A stretch of 64,000 nt of DNA from Iphione sp. A-MEVVRFRX5 (GCA_976226885.1 OZ320319.1:62744001-62808000), one strand, 5' to 3'; counted from the first letter of the stretch, positions 1 through 11,300 are shown. The notes: a model not told the origin generated them from the sequence alone. A program made the numbers and translations.

Positions 1-2920
1 CCCGTTTATGTATGTAAACTAGCAATACATGTCAGATAGCTCAGGCCTAGCTGTTTACCTTCGTCTTTGTCTGCACAGAGTCTCTTGTTGAGCGGTGTGG
101 ACATGGGGCTTAGTGCACGTACTGCTACTTCAGTGTGATATAGCTAGTTGTGCGCGGGCAGTTGCCAGTCTCCATTGAACTTGACTAAGCCGCCTTTCTG
201 CACGTACACAGCACGACGTGTGGAGGTTTACCATGTGATCCACTCAGTTCACTTGGAAACAATGCGCGCCACTTGCCCTCTTTCTGAGAGAGGTATTAGC
301 CAGACGTGATGAAACCAGTGTTGTGGATAGCCTTGCCCTCTGGTCAAACTGTCTCGAACAGCTGGCGACAGGTCGGTTGACCTTACAAGCCCGCCAGAGG
401 TCAGAGAGGTCGGCAGAGTTCAGTCCACAACACCGGCTGTGATCCAGGGAGGAATGGGGAGCGGGGGAGGGCATTGAGAAATGTGTGTCTGTCCTGAGGC
501 CATGTGAATGGGGCGAATTTTGTACACGTTCAGATCGCATAGCACGTAATACTGCAGTGGTTATTATTCCTCTGTGATAGAGTGAGGTTGATTGTGGCTC
601 AGTGGCATATGTACAGAGTATAGGAAGACAGCAACACAAAGAGAAGAATCAGACAGGTAGAAAAAACAGAGGAGCCATTAAGATTAAATTCAAACCAAAA
701 CCGCAGAAAAAAGTTGTTTTCCTTCATGTATAGACACGCCGATGTACCCTGTGATCCGTAAAAAAAGAATACTCGTTCTAACGTACAAACACATATAGAT
801 TTGTGCGCGCTCATGTTTGCTTGCGTGTGCATGTTTGCACGTGCGTATGTGTTTGGCACAGTGCCCTTGCTAGACGTGGTGGCAGTGAACGAGGCAGGTT
901 AGCTGTTTGCTCTCTGTGTAGAGTGTGGCCTACAAACCTCGCTAGCTTGGCAACAGTGCATCTATGATCTCGATCACTTATGCTCGCCCAAATGTCAAAT
1001 AGTGGACAATACGGCCATGTTCTAGCGCTGTATGCAAAAACTACACATAATCTGACCCGATCTCCTACTTAATCTCATCATTCCTCGGTTAATAACTTGG
1101 TTAATGTAACGAGTCGGAAGTAGATGCCACAGACCATGTGCACATGTATTGTCATGAGTGATTCATTCAACCGCATTTGAATGTCAGTATAAATTTACAT
1201 TGTGTAGTTAATAGTGCGCATTTCAAATATATTTCAGGGCATGACAATTTTGTGCCATGTTTTGTTTCCCACTTGAAGACTGATAAATCATGTCTTGCAC
1301 TAAAAGAATTACAATGTACTTATGCCTATTCATAGAAACGGTATAAGGAGAGGCATCTGTATCACTGTATCACTCAGGTGAAGGTTTACTGTACATTGGT
1401 TGGTTTTGCTATCTCTTTCACACTCATATCCTAAGTAAGCTGTACTTTCGATAGGTAGTATCCATAATAACATGTGCACATCTGGCCCTATTCCTCGTTA
1501 GTTCTAGTCTGGAGAGATCATGGCTTTATCATTGAAAATGTATGTGGAAAGAGTTCCAGATTTTATAAAGTAACTCAATAAGCACAGCACCTTCGAGTTA
1601 TAGTTAGTTTTTACATTTCGCTTCGATATATATGGATAGTTAAATCATGCCAGTCCGACAGCACAGCTGACGGAACAGTTGCCAGATTTCCTCAACTGTA
1701 AGTGTGGTGAAGTGGTTTTAGATTATCAACAAAGAATTGTTCCCTTTAGTCTGGCAGGTGGACGTCAGTCCTATGGAACCTGATCGTAGATATTTACTTA
1801 TATTTAGGAATGTAGTTAGAGGAGCTGCAAAAGAAACACTAAAAGAGAGCAAATGCTAGTCTCTGAAGTTTTTACTGCAGCCGTCAACCGGAAAACGGAC
1901 TTTGTATGCGTATACTAACTTCTAAATACTAGCCGCAGTGGAGTTTAACCCAACCCCCTTCCCCCTCCCCCATTGCCTACGGCGGAGCTCCTAATTACAC
2001 GTCCCCGTGTATACCAACTGTTAGTACCAAACTGTACCTCCCGGGAAAGGATTGTGACCTCCATCACGCTTGTGAACAGCGAGCTAGTTCGGCATGTCGG
2101 CTTGGTCGTCTTTCCCGTGCTCTCTGAGTCTGCCCTCTATACGGAGGGAGAGAGAGTGTGTCGATGGTTTTGATACTCTGCACATCGTGGCGGCTATAAA
2201 GCTCGGTAATTAGAGGTCGCGATGGGGTCCTTTATGTGCAGGCTGAAGTAATGGGGGTAATATCCTATGGTAGATAGGTCAGTCCCCCCAGCGGCCCTAC
2301 TGGATACCGATATTAGACCCCCCAGTTGGACGAGATAAGGACCGTGTTATACTCGCTGGGTTTCCAACATTGGAAATTTGATGTCTATATAGACCCACGC
2401 AGACTTGTTGACAGTGACCGATTGTTTAGGATCTAATTTCTTCACTTTCGCTTCTCAATCTTGTTATTGATAATTGCCGCTTTAAAGATTTCTGAGAGAG
2501 ACAGGCAGACAGTCCCCACCTAAAGTGCTGGTGACTACTGTGACTGGGAAGAATTGCTAGATCATACCTGTTTTTATTAATTTATTGAGGATCCATTGCC
2601 AGCCAGTTTATTCCAGTTACTTGTTGACTTTTTACACATATATATCCATGGACTTCAGAGGATGATCCCATGGGGATCCACACTACTCCAGTGATTGAAC
2701 AGAGACTGATCTCATATGGACATTATATCTTTATTCATTAATTTACAATCAATTTTTCACTATCTCATAATTACTCACTATTTATCACATATTTAGCTAC
2801 ATTTCAATCAGGATAATTACTAATATATTCCAGGTGTTGATGTTAGATACTAAACTTACTGCCAAATGCTTGACTAGCTTTGGGTTGCTAATGTAAACAA
2901 GTTCCTTGGTTACCCAAGAG

Positions 2921-2927
2921 TATAAAA
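2921..2927 (+). promoter_or_regulatory. Candidate TATA box in PLE pLTR (second copy 7707-7713)
   Basis: TATAAAA about 35 nt upstream of the ribozyme; function inferred only from motif and position. Confidence 0.45.
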
Positions 2928-2956
2928 GGCTGCCTCTCTCAGCACCCAACCACTCC

Positions 2957-2996
2957 TTGCCTGACGAAGGGTCGCGTAAGACCCGAAAGCTAGCAG
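2957..2996 (+). ncRNA. Minimal type I hammerhead ribozyme, copy 1
   Basis: TTGC-CTGACGA-A-GGGTC(GCGTAA)GACCC-GAAA-GCTA-GCAG: core CUGAcGA and GAAA, 5-bp stem II, palindromic AGCT stem III, 4-bp stem I; predicted cut after CUA (2992). Confidence 0.85.
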
Positions 2997-3249
2997 ATTG
3001 TATTGCATTCAGCTACATTAAACGAGTCTGTTGTTGAATACCAAGTTGTGGTCTTTCTTCCAAGTACATCTTATCAGCTTTCAACCACACGCATCCGTCT
3101 AGGATCCTTGCATTCAACAACCGCCCACCCAATCCAGTGTTGTCGCCAAATTCCAAAAACTGCACTCACGTGCCACTGCACTCAACGACCGCATCCAACA
3201 ACGGATCCACTGGAAACGAAGGCTAACGCCATCCTTACAGGGCATTACG

Positions 3250-3900
3250 ATGGACTCTAGCACTACGCAAACAAACAAGAGACCCCGCACGTCAGACGAA
3301 GGCGCATCCAACAACCTTCAACCGCCACGAACAGAGACCAGTAGAAGCCGCCCAGGCTCAGGCCGCCAAGGCTCAAGACCCGTCTCACCTGCAAACCTAA
3401 CAAGTGACAACCGACACACACCAGCACCCACAGACGTCCAGCCGTCACTCCAACAGAGCACCTTGATAATCTTCAAAACTTTGAAGAAACTGAAACGTGG
3501 CATAGTAACAGCCAGACACCATGTAACCTTCCTCGGTACCCATCTGAACAACCACACCACGCCCAAGGGACTCCAGCCTACCATTGCTGCCCAGATACCT
3601 GACATCAGCGTGGACTTCCAACTATCCTGGGAAACAGCGCTCGCCGACTTAGGTAGAAGACTGACACAACTACTACACGAATATTGGCAAGCGAGATGCG
3701 CCCACCTAACAGCACAGTACGACAGCATGCTATTGGAACGCATGACGAACGTAACACAACAAGAAGAAGACTTGGTACGACGTCTTCTACAAGAGTTCGA
3801 AACGAATCTAGAGCGGGACTTGGAACAGAAAAGACAAAGAAAAATAGAAGATTTACAAAGATCAGCGAACAGCCGTCGGAACACACCGAACGAGCAGTAG
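3250..3900 (+). CDS. PLE N-terminal ORF (216 aa; HVTFL..PKGL motif, C-terminal coiled coil)
   Basis: HHVTFLGTHLNNHTTPKGL resembles the N-terminal domain of PLE proteins; overlaps the RT ORF in the -1 frame. Confidence 0.75.
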   Translation: MDSSTTQTNKRPRTSDEGASNNLQPPRTETSRSRPGSGRQGSRPVSPANLTSDNRHTPAPTDVQPSLQQSTLIIFKTLKKLKRGIVTARHHVTFLGTHLNNHTTPKGLQPTIAAQIPDISVDFQLSWETALADLGRRLTQLLHEYWQARCAHLTAQYDSMLLERMTNVTQQEEDLVRRLLQEFETNLERDLEQKRQRKIEDLQRSANSRRNTPNEQ

Positions 3901-6056
3901 TCAACTTATCATCCCACCACCTTACCACAGCTGAATTCAACCTACTTGCCAAAGGACTGTCGTTTATCCCTGCTATACACACACCCCATCCAGCCCATTG
4001 TCTGAAAGACTTCTACCTTTTCGCCAGGAGAGTGCGCCTGAAACACCTATTCCAACATAATGACTCCGAACAACTGATCACACCACTTACGGCCTTGAAA
4101 CCCTCTTCGGGTTGGACCCCTAATAGGGGCAAAGACCAGTACTTGGACTGCTATCTGACCACCCTTGAAAGACATATACAACGCACCCGTTACAGCCGCC
4201 CTACACCCAACCTTACTGCAGAGGAAATAGCTGCCATCAACACACTGAAACACCACCCGGACATCATCATCAAACCGGCTGACAAGGGCGGCGCGATCGT
4301 GATACAGGACATCACTGATTACAAAGCAGAAGCCTTACGACAACTCCACAACACCAGTCACTACGAAACACTGGACCACGACCCGAACCCCTCATACCAG
4401 GTGGAGATCAAGAGATTCATTCGGGAAAGCTGTTCCATCGGATCACTACCCCCAGAAGCAGAGTCATGCCTCATCACCAAAAACTTCAAAACGCCGAACA
4501 TCTATTTCCTGCCTAAAATCCACAAGGCTAATGTTCCAGGGCGACCGATCGTGTCTGCATGCGACTCACCAACAGAACGCATCTCGGCCTATGTCGATAG
4601 ACTACTCATCCCAGAAGTCCCCAAACTACGTAGCTACATCAAGGACACCAAACACTTCCTCAACCTGCTGAGACACATCACTGTTGACGAGGACGACTAT
4701 CTGGTCACCGTCGATGTATCGGCCCTCTACACTAACATCCCCCACCTAGAAGGCATCAAGGCCATCCGGGACACCCTATTGGAGAGCCGGGACATTCAAG
4801 TACAAGCCTGGGTCGTTCTTCGCTTCGTCTACTACATCCTCAAATGCAACTCATTCCAGTTTGACAATCAGATGTACCATCAAGTGCAAGGGACGGCCAT
4901 GGGGACGAAAATGGCCCCGACATACGCCAACCTATTCATGGGACGCTTAGAGACACGCCTCTTGGAACATGCACCTACACGACCTATAGTTTGGCTACGC
5001 TACATCGATGACATTTTCATGATATTCAAAGGCCCTGCTGCAGCACTCACAGCCTTCTTCAATTATCTAAACAGCTTTCACCCCACCATCAAATTCACAC
5101 ACACCGCGAGTAAAGAGAGTGTGGACTTTCTGGACACCACTGTATACAAAAAGGACCGGCAACTACTGACCAAATTGTACACGAAAGAGACCGATGCCCA
5201 CCTGTATCTCCATCACAGCTCCTACCATCCGCCGGCCCAGAAAGACTCTATCCCGTACAGCCAACTGATACGCATCCGTTCTATCTGCTCCGAAATAAGG
5301 GAATTCGACCGATCCGCCAAACTCATGCTTTCATACTTCGCCAACAGGGGATACCCCAAGAAACTACTGCTACACACGCTCCAGAAAGTACGTGCCACCC
5401 CTAGAGACAGCCTACTGCTCACTACACACACTGATCCAACACCAAAAATTCCCTATGTCAAGGACTACCACCAGCCATCCTCGGCGGAATTCAGTATAGC
5501 TTTCCGCTCAGCACATCTCATCCTGAGTCAATCACAGGGTAATGACAACCTATTGAAATACAGGTTCATCAAAGCTCACAAACGGGGCAGAAATCTCAGA
5601 GACCTACTAACACACTCACGCTTCCCACGGCTTCCAACAACACAAGGCACTCAAAGATGCCAGCAACCACGCTGCACCACCTGTCCACGCATCACAGTCA
5701 CGAACAAAATCAGCAACTCTGACAAAACACGTACCTTTCGCACCATCGGACACGCCAACTGCCGCACTACCGATGTTGTCTACTGCATCGTTTGCCGCAA
5801 ATGCGGCATCATGTACGTTGGCCAAACAAGTAACACTATTCACCTCCGCCTTCAACAACATCTCAACGACATTCGCAACTACAGGGAGTTGAAAACTGTA
5901 GCGCTTCACTTCAACAACAACTGCTCGATCGATGACGTCACCATCCGCCATCTTGACACCTCCGCACACGATTTGAACCGACGCCTCCGATTGGAGGAAG
6001 CATGGATCTCGCTTCTGCGCACTCAGAAGCCGCGAGGATTGAATGTTCGCGAGTAG
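3684..6056 (+). CDS. PLE reverse transcriptase + GIY-YIG endonuclease
   Basis: VVNLS..LLAKGLSF, KPADKGG, TVDVSALYTNIP, QGTAMG, WLRYIDD; Cys linker CQQPRCTTC; VVYCIVC..YVGQT and RLRLEEAWI..PRGLN endonuclease motifs; no internal stops. Confidence 0.95.
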   Translation: MASEMRPPNSTVRQHAIGTHDERNTTRRRLGTTSSTRVRNESRAGLGTEKTKKNRRFTKISEQPSEHTERAVVNLSSHHLTTAEFNLLAKGLSFIPAIHTPHPAHCLKDFYLFARRVRLKHLFQHNDSEQLITPLTALKPSSGWTPNRGKDQYLDCYLTTLERHIQRTRYSRPTPNLTAEEIAAINTLKHHPDIIIKPADKGGAIVIQDITDYKAEALRQLHNTSHYETLDHDPNPSYQVEIKRFIRESCSIGSLPPEAESCLITKNFKTPNIYFLPKIHKANVPGRPIVSACDSPTERISAYVDRLLIPEVPKLRSYIKDTKHFLNLLRHITVDEDDYLVTVDVSALYTNIPHLEGIKAIRDTLLESRDIQVQAWVVLRFVYYILKCNSFQFDNQMYHQVQGTAMGTKMAPTYANLFMGRLETRLLEHAPTRPIVWLRYIDDIFMIFKGPAAALTAFFNYLNSFHPTIKFTHTASKESVDFLDTTVYKKDRQLLTKLYTKETDAHLYLHHSSYHPPAQKDSIPYSQLIRIRSICSEIREFDRSAKLMLSYFANRGYPKKLLLHTLQKVRATPRDSLLLTTHTDPTPKIPYVKDYHQPSSAEFSIAFRSAHLILSQSQGNDNLLKYRFIKAHKRGRNLRDLLTHSRFPRLPTTQGTQRCQQPRCTTCPRITVTNKISNSDKTRTFRTIGHANCRTTDVVYCIVCRKCGIMYVGQTSNTIHLRLQQHLNDIRNYRELKTVALHFNNNCSIDDVTIRHLDTSAHDLNRRLRLEEAWISLLRTQKPRGLNVRE

Positions 6057-6133
6057 CGTTCACGAACTTGTCGAAGAATTCCAGTGGGATTATACGCATT
6101 GTACTTGGACACTCGCACTCAGCTACCACCAAG

Positions 6134-7240
6134 ATGGACACGAACTTGGAGATTATAAACTGCCCATTTTGTGAGAAACCGTACAGCGGGAAGAAGGCAC
6201 TACGCAAACATGTCTCGTCCGTGCACCTAGACCCTCTATACAGCACTACCTGTGAAATCTGCAGTAAGTCCTATAGCACTCGCTCTTGCCTTATTCGCCA
6301 CTATAAAAAGGCTCATGTTGCTTCAGGACATGACGTACTGATACCTAATGTTGCTTCCAACAACCTGTGTAACGATGCGGCGTTGGATTCAGTCTCTGAA
6401 CCCACCGTCATTGTACTCGACGACGATGATTTGAACGACGGGTATCAGGATGCGGTCTCTGACGCTGTTGTTGAACTAACCACCGAAGCTGCCATCACTC
6501 CGCTCTCATGTACTAGTGAGACTACTGCTGCCGTCAACAACTTGAAAAGGGTCATGGACGAGGTAGATCGCCGCTATCCTTCCCCTGAGAAGAAAGTTGC
6601 CCTTCCCATACAACCACCTACAGCCTGTGCACCTACAACCAGCACTTATGTTCCACCGCGTGTTGTTCCCACTACTACTTCTACTATGAACTGCTCCACT
6701 ACTACCACAGCCAGCCACACCACAAACGCTGTGGTACACCGACGACCGCTGCCTATGCCCCCACCAGTGGTTTTCCAGCGACATGGAGCAGCCAACCGCG
6801 GTCCCCCAAGACCACCATCATTCCGACATCGCAAGAACGGTGACGCCCACAGCCGACGTCGCCTCAAGTACGGGGATTCACCTGCTGTGTCATTCTTCGA
6901 ATATATGACAACACCGCGCCACAACACCGCAACGCAGGTCACACCACCATCGGTCGCCACCAACGCCTGCAACACTACACCGACTCTCAACGGTACAGTT
7001 ACAGTAGCCGACGCTGCAACAGAGCCACCACCACGGTCACCGCCGGTGACAGATGTGATACCAGTCCTTGATTCAGTGGCCACTCCCCCCACTGCCAACA
7101 CAGGAGGGGATGGCCACCCCTACGATCTCTCGCCTGCTACACTTGAGAGCTTCCTGACTGTGGCTCGCCATCTGTCGCAGCAGCTTTGTGATGATATTAA
7201 TCTTATGCTTGACCTTAAATTTGGCAAAGGTGGCCACTAG
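6134..7240 (+). CDS. Accessory PLE ORF3: two C2H2 zinc fingers + Pro/Thr-rich region (368 aa; frame open from 6002)
   Basis: CPFCEKPYSGKKALRKHVSSVH and CEICSKSYSTRSCLIRHYKKAH; ATG 6134 in good Kozak context (ACCAAGATGG); lies inside the pLTR boundaries. Confidence 0.8.
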   Translation: MDTNLEIINCPFCEKPYSGKKALRKHVSSVHLDPLYSTTCEICSKSYSTRSCLIRHYKKAHVASGHDVLIPNVASNNLCNDAALDSVSEPTVIVLDDDDLNDGYQDAVSDAVVELTTEAAITPLSCTSETTAAVNNLKRVMDEVDRRYPSPEKKVALPIQPPTACAPTTSTYVPPRVVPTTTSTMNCSTTTTASHTTNAVVHRRPLPMPPPVVFQRHGAANRGPPRPPSFRHRKNGDAHSRRRLKYGDSPAVSFFEYMTTPRHNTATQVTPPSVATNACNTTPTLNGTVTVADAATEPPPRSPPVTDVIPVLDSVATPPTANTGGDGHPYDLSPATLESFLTVARHLSQQLCDDINLMLDLKFGKGGH

Positions 7241-7352
7241 ACCTTTTTTCTGTGATATCCTGCCTGTGATTACTTTGTGATAATTTATGTATTTATTCCA
7301 GCCATACTGTGATTGAGCCCGATGCTTTTCTCTGATTGAAGTGGGCTCCAGA

Positions 7353-7857
7353 CTGTTTTTTATTAATTTATTGAGGATCCATTGCCAGCCAGTTTATTCC
7401 AGTTACTTGTTGACTTTTTACACATATATATCCATGGACTTCAGAGGATGATCCCATGGGGATCCACACTACTCCAGTGATTGAACAGAGACTGATCTCA
7501 TATGGACATTATATCTTTATTCATTAATTTACAATCAATTTTTCACTATCTCATAATTACTCACTATTTATCACATATTTAGCTACATTTTAATCAGGAT
7601 AATTACTAATATATTCCAGGTGTTGATGTTAGATACTAAACTTACTGCCAAATGCTTGACTAGCTTTGGGTTGCTAATGTAAACAAGTTCCTTGGTTACC
7701 CAAGAGTATAAAAGGCTGCCTCTCTCAGCACCCAACCACTCCTTGCCTGACGAAGGGTCGCGTAAGACCCGAAAGCTAGCAGATTGTATTGCATTCAGCT
7801 ACATTAAACGAGTCTGTTGTTGAATACCAAGTTGTGGTCTTTCTTCCAAGTACATCT
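7353..7857 (+). repeat. 3' pseudo-LTR of PLE
   Basis: Direct repeat of 2568-3071, offset 4786 bp. Confidence 0.95.
7743..7782 (+). ncRNA. Minimal type I hammerhead ribozyme, copy 2
   Basis: Identical to copy 1; predicted cut after 7778. Confidence 0.85.
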
Positions 7858-9582
7858 GTTTTTTTGATGATCTAATAATGTATTACATATATACTATATT
7901 TGGATACAATCAGATTTCTTCCATATTTGGTTGATTTTATAACTATTTCTAAGTACACGACGAGAAAAGAAGCACATTAACGCAATCAGTTCTCCGCAGA
8001 GCCTCATTCTCTTTACCAACGCTTAGCAGCGTATGAAAGCAGCATTGTCCTAGATGGTGGGGAACATCGCCACCCAGTAAGTACATGGCCGGTTCTGTTA
8101 CCACCAACCGCCTCACCGTTATACCTTACCTGAAGGGGGAAAAAACTAAAGAACAAAGAAGCTTTTCTATATCATATTGCCCGCCCTTCTCCCGTATTGC
8201 CCCTAGTTTAAAGAACGTGAAACTTCCTTATTTCTTTTCTTTTCATTTTTATAACTTGTTTTCGATTCTCAATACCAAACATTAGGGTAACATCATCATC
8301 CCGTCAGGCAGTCTGGAGGGTAGCCGTGACGGCATCATTCAAGAGGAGGTGGATCAAATCAAGTGATTGATGCGAGGTTAGCCACACCTCTGCTGATGGC
8401 ATCATGAGCTGATTGGAACTGACTGACTTGTTATTTCTGAGGGGAAAGCCCTGTTGGCCAGGGGGACCATAATAACACCAAGGTGCTTCTGTCAGGAGGA
8501 AGTTTCTTTGATTTGTGATGGTGTGATGACAAAAGGAGTGATTTGCTAAGGTGATGTTCACATGTATTCATACAAAAGATACGGTATGGGTACGGATCTG
8601 TACCTACCTCCAGCTGCCTACATATGTATACCGGATTTTGAATCCGTCCGGGGGTCCATATCCATTCTCAACATATATATGTGAAGGCTTTAGTAATACT
8701 CCTATGAATGGGAAAATCCATCTACGGGTCCGCACACATTTTGGAGAAAAACAGACATGTGAACACCGCCTACGGGCGACAAATATCCAGTGACTTCCAC
8801 ATAATGTCTCATCGGGTATCAGTGATATCTTACAAGTTGGTAAAACGAAGGCGTGTCAGTTTTTTCCCTTTACTATGAAGGGTCGCCATAATGCGACAGG
8901 GGTGGTCAGTGACTCATTACATTGTCGGAAGCTATAGCCTAATAGGATAAGATAAGAAAAGGGTGTCCTCCTGTCCGTATTAGAACTTCCGCCTGTCCGT
9001 ATAAGTACTGTGATTTTTATACATGCATTTGTCTGTTCCCACAAGCACAGTCGTCTCATCCAGTGCCACACTAAACACTTCCTATGAGGTGGATTTGTGA
9101 ATCCTCACACGAGCTTGGAATTGTGCCATGATATTGTATGTGTGTTGGGAATGGGTGGGGGTCCTGACAATACTTTAAGGCACTTTGGGACCTAGTTCGA
9201 AACACCTGCAAAATAACTAGAATCCAGATTCAGTGTATTAATGCTCTAATGGTTGGTTATCTCATTTAAAAAGTAGAGGAGCTGAGTAAACTAATACAAA
9301 TCTGTATATCAAAAATTAGCGCCACTTTGAGTTGAAGTATAGAGGGTTCTTTTGATGTTTTGAGTGATTTTAACTACAATATGTTTATCATTGCTCATTT
9401 GTGTACATTAAGTTTGGCTGTTTGCAGTGAATTCATTGAAAGAAACGTGTTTTCCGTAGATTTTCAATGGGAACAGTCCAGTTATAAGAGGCATAGCAAC
9501 TTTAGTCGTAAGTGAGTGACAGACTATCAGTCCTGCACTAGTGGACCCTACTGGACCAAGTCCAAAGCGTCATGTCCCTCTG

Positions 9583-9615
9583 ATGGTCGAATTGGCCAAC
9601 CGCAACTGTATACAG
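9583..9615 (+). CDS. RTKN: Possible upstream coding exon of rhotekin (MVELANRNCIQ)
   Basis: ATG..CAG|gtacat phase-0 donor is compatible with exon 10117; no homology support. Confidence 0.25.
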
Positions 9616-10116
9616 GTACATGTGAACCGTTCCTAACGAAGTACATGTTGACTGATTTCTTTTCGGTGTGGGAAACTGTGTGGTGAGAGACATAGCATTT
9701 TAGCACGGGTTTACATAGTTTAACGTGATATTTATTTATGCATCAGTCCCTCAAGTAAATGTTTCTTTGAGTGAGTTCCTGTTTGAAGAGATTCGTAGAA
9801 GGTGGCCTCAGGTCACAAATGTCGTACAGAAAGCTAATTCCATTATTTGTAAAGCAGCTCCGTTCTCAGAGGATTCGTTAATAGAGGTAATTTATACAGC
9901 ACCAACACCCAGTAATACCAGTGATGGTCCCATCATTTTACTTCATGATCTCTTCACAACAAAGCTAGAAGCTGTCTTGTTTTATTACACTGCCTTTACA
10001 TTGCATTGCCAACCCATCCCTAATTCTGCCTTCATCCTGTCTTCCGTATCAATTGCATGGAAATGCCCTTGTCGATCTCCGTCGCTAACATTCTGCTCTC
10101 TCTCTGTGCTTGACAG

Positions 10117-10310
10117 GACGTGCAGCTGCAACAGAAGATCGACCATGAGATTAAGATGCGCGACGGTACTGCCAAGCTGCTCGCTGCCTCCAAACACCCG
10201 AGTCAGCTGCTCGAGGCGGCCAAGAACCTGCTCACGAGCAACTCACGGATGATCGCCTACATGTCGGAGCTACAGCGCCGCAAGACGGACGAGGTTCTCA
10301 ACAGACGCAA
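10117..10310 (+). CDS. RTKN: Rhotekin exon, HR1 Rho-binding domain
   Basis: DVQLQQKIDHEIKMRDGTAKLLAAS..LLTSNSRMIAYMSELQRRK resembles rhotekin HR1; ag/gt sites, ends phase 2. Confidence 0.92.
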
Positions 10311-11029
10311 GTGAGCTCCAGTTGTAACTGTTGTATACATCCACAGATTTCGGTCCCCCACCCCCCCTTTTTTTTTAAATTGAAGTATTGAAAGTGTGTG
10401 TGTGTTGCCACACTGACTAGGCTCAGTAGTAACGAGTGTCTTGCTTGTGTGTTTTAATTTGTCGGTATGTTTGTCAGCTGTCTCGTTTGTTCCCTTCATG
10501 CCTGTTCGTTCGCTCTTTTGTGTCTGTTGAACACACTTCTCTGCTGGATGCCTCCATATGCGCCACGTTTTCCCCCCGTTTGTTGCCTCTTTTTGTCTTT
10601 CCTGTCTCTCCCCGGTTCTTGTACATGTATATGTTTCTGCTTCCTATGATTGATGGTTGAGGGGCGTGGATAAGTACCGGTCGTCTCCATGTCGCGGGCA
10701 TTCTTGTCTACTTTATTTTACAGTCAAGTCATCGTGTATGAAGCTATATGCACAAAGTTATGGTGATAAAATAAACCTTTTCATGCTATTGATAAATATT
10801 GTAGACTTACTGTGTGCATGTACAGATATTTAGGATATGCAGTGAGAAGTTTTCGGTTGAATTGTGGAGTGTTTTCTCAGTATGATTGTTCAGTGTAAGT
10901 AAAACGCATTTCCGTCTCCATAACTACCACTGAACAATTCTAATCATATCTGCGTACACGATGTAACCTGTTCTGGATTGGTCTGTTTGAATTAATGACT
11001 GTGATAAGAGAATGTTTTCCTATTCCCAG

Positions 11030-11300
11030 CGCTGCCCTCCTCCTCCCTCCACACACATTGTCTGACTGTCTGTCTGTCTGTCTATCTGTCTGCCTCTTTG
11101 TCTCTCTCTTTCTCGGCTTGTCTGTCTATCCCTCTGTGTGTTTTTGCACATCTTTGTATCAGTCTCGCTATTCTTTGCCAAGTCGCTCACCCTTTCTATT
11201 TATGTCTTTCGTTCTTCCTCAGCCAGTGTCTTTATTACCCCATTTCTCTCGCTCTTTGTCTCTTATTTTCTAGGTGTTTGTCTCCCTTCATTCGTCAACC
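11030..11300. repeat. CT/TG-rich low-complexity tract
   Basis: tctg/ctgt/tctc runs within a rhotekin intron. Confidence 0.7.

Larger units (their letters stand above)
2568..3071 (+). repeat. 5' pseudo-LTR of PLE
   Basis: Near-identical to 7353-7857; I saw one substitution (atttcaatc vs attttaatc) and a 1-nt T-run difference. Confidence 0.95.
2568..7857 (+). mobile_element. Penelope-like retroelement (Neptune-like architecture) with terminal direct repeats (pLTRs)
   Basis: RT followed by C-terminal GIY-YIG endonuclease, flanked by ~504-bp direct repeats that each contain a hammerhead ribozyme; no integrase, RNase H or protease. Confidence 0.93.

Noticed and set aside
244-859. ORFs 244-639 and 599-859 (-)
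   Set aside because: No recognisable domain or consistent splice structure.
3263-7101. Minus-strand ORFs 3318-3884, 5616-5969, 6646-7101 and similar
   Set aside because: Antisense shadows of real ORFs in A/C-biased sequence; no motifs.
2568-7857. LTR retrotransposon or DIRS interpretation of the 504-bp direct repeats
   Set aside because: No TG..CA ends, PBS, integrase, protease or tyrosine recombinase; RT + GIY-YIG + hammerhead points to a PLE.
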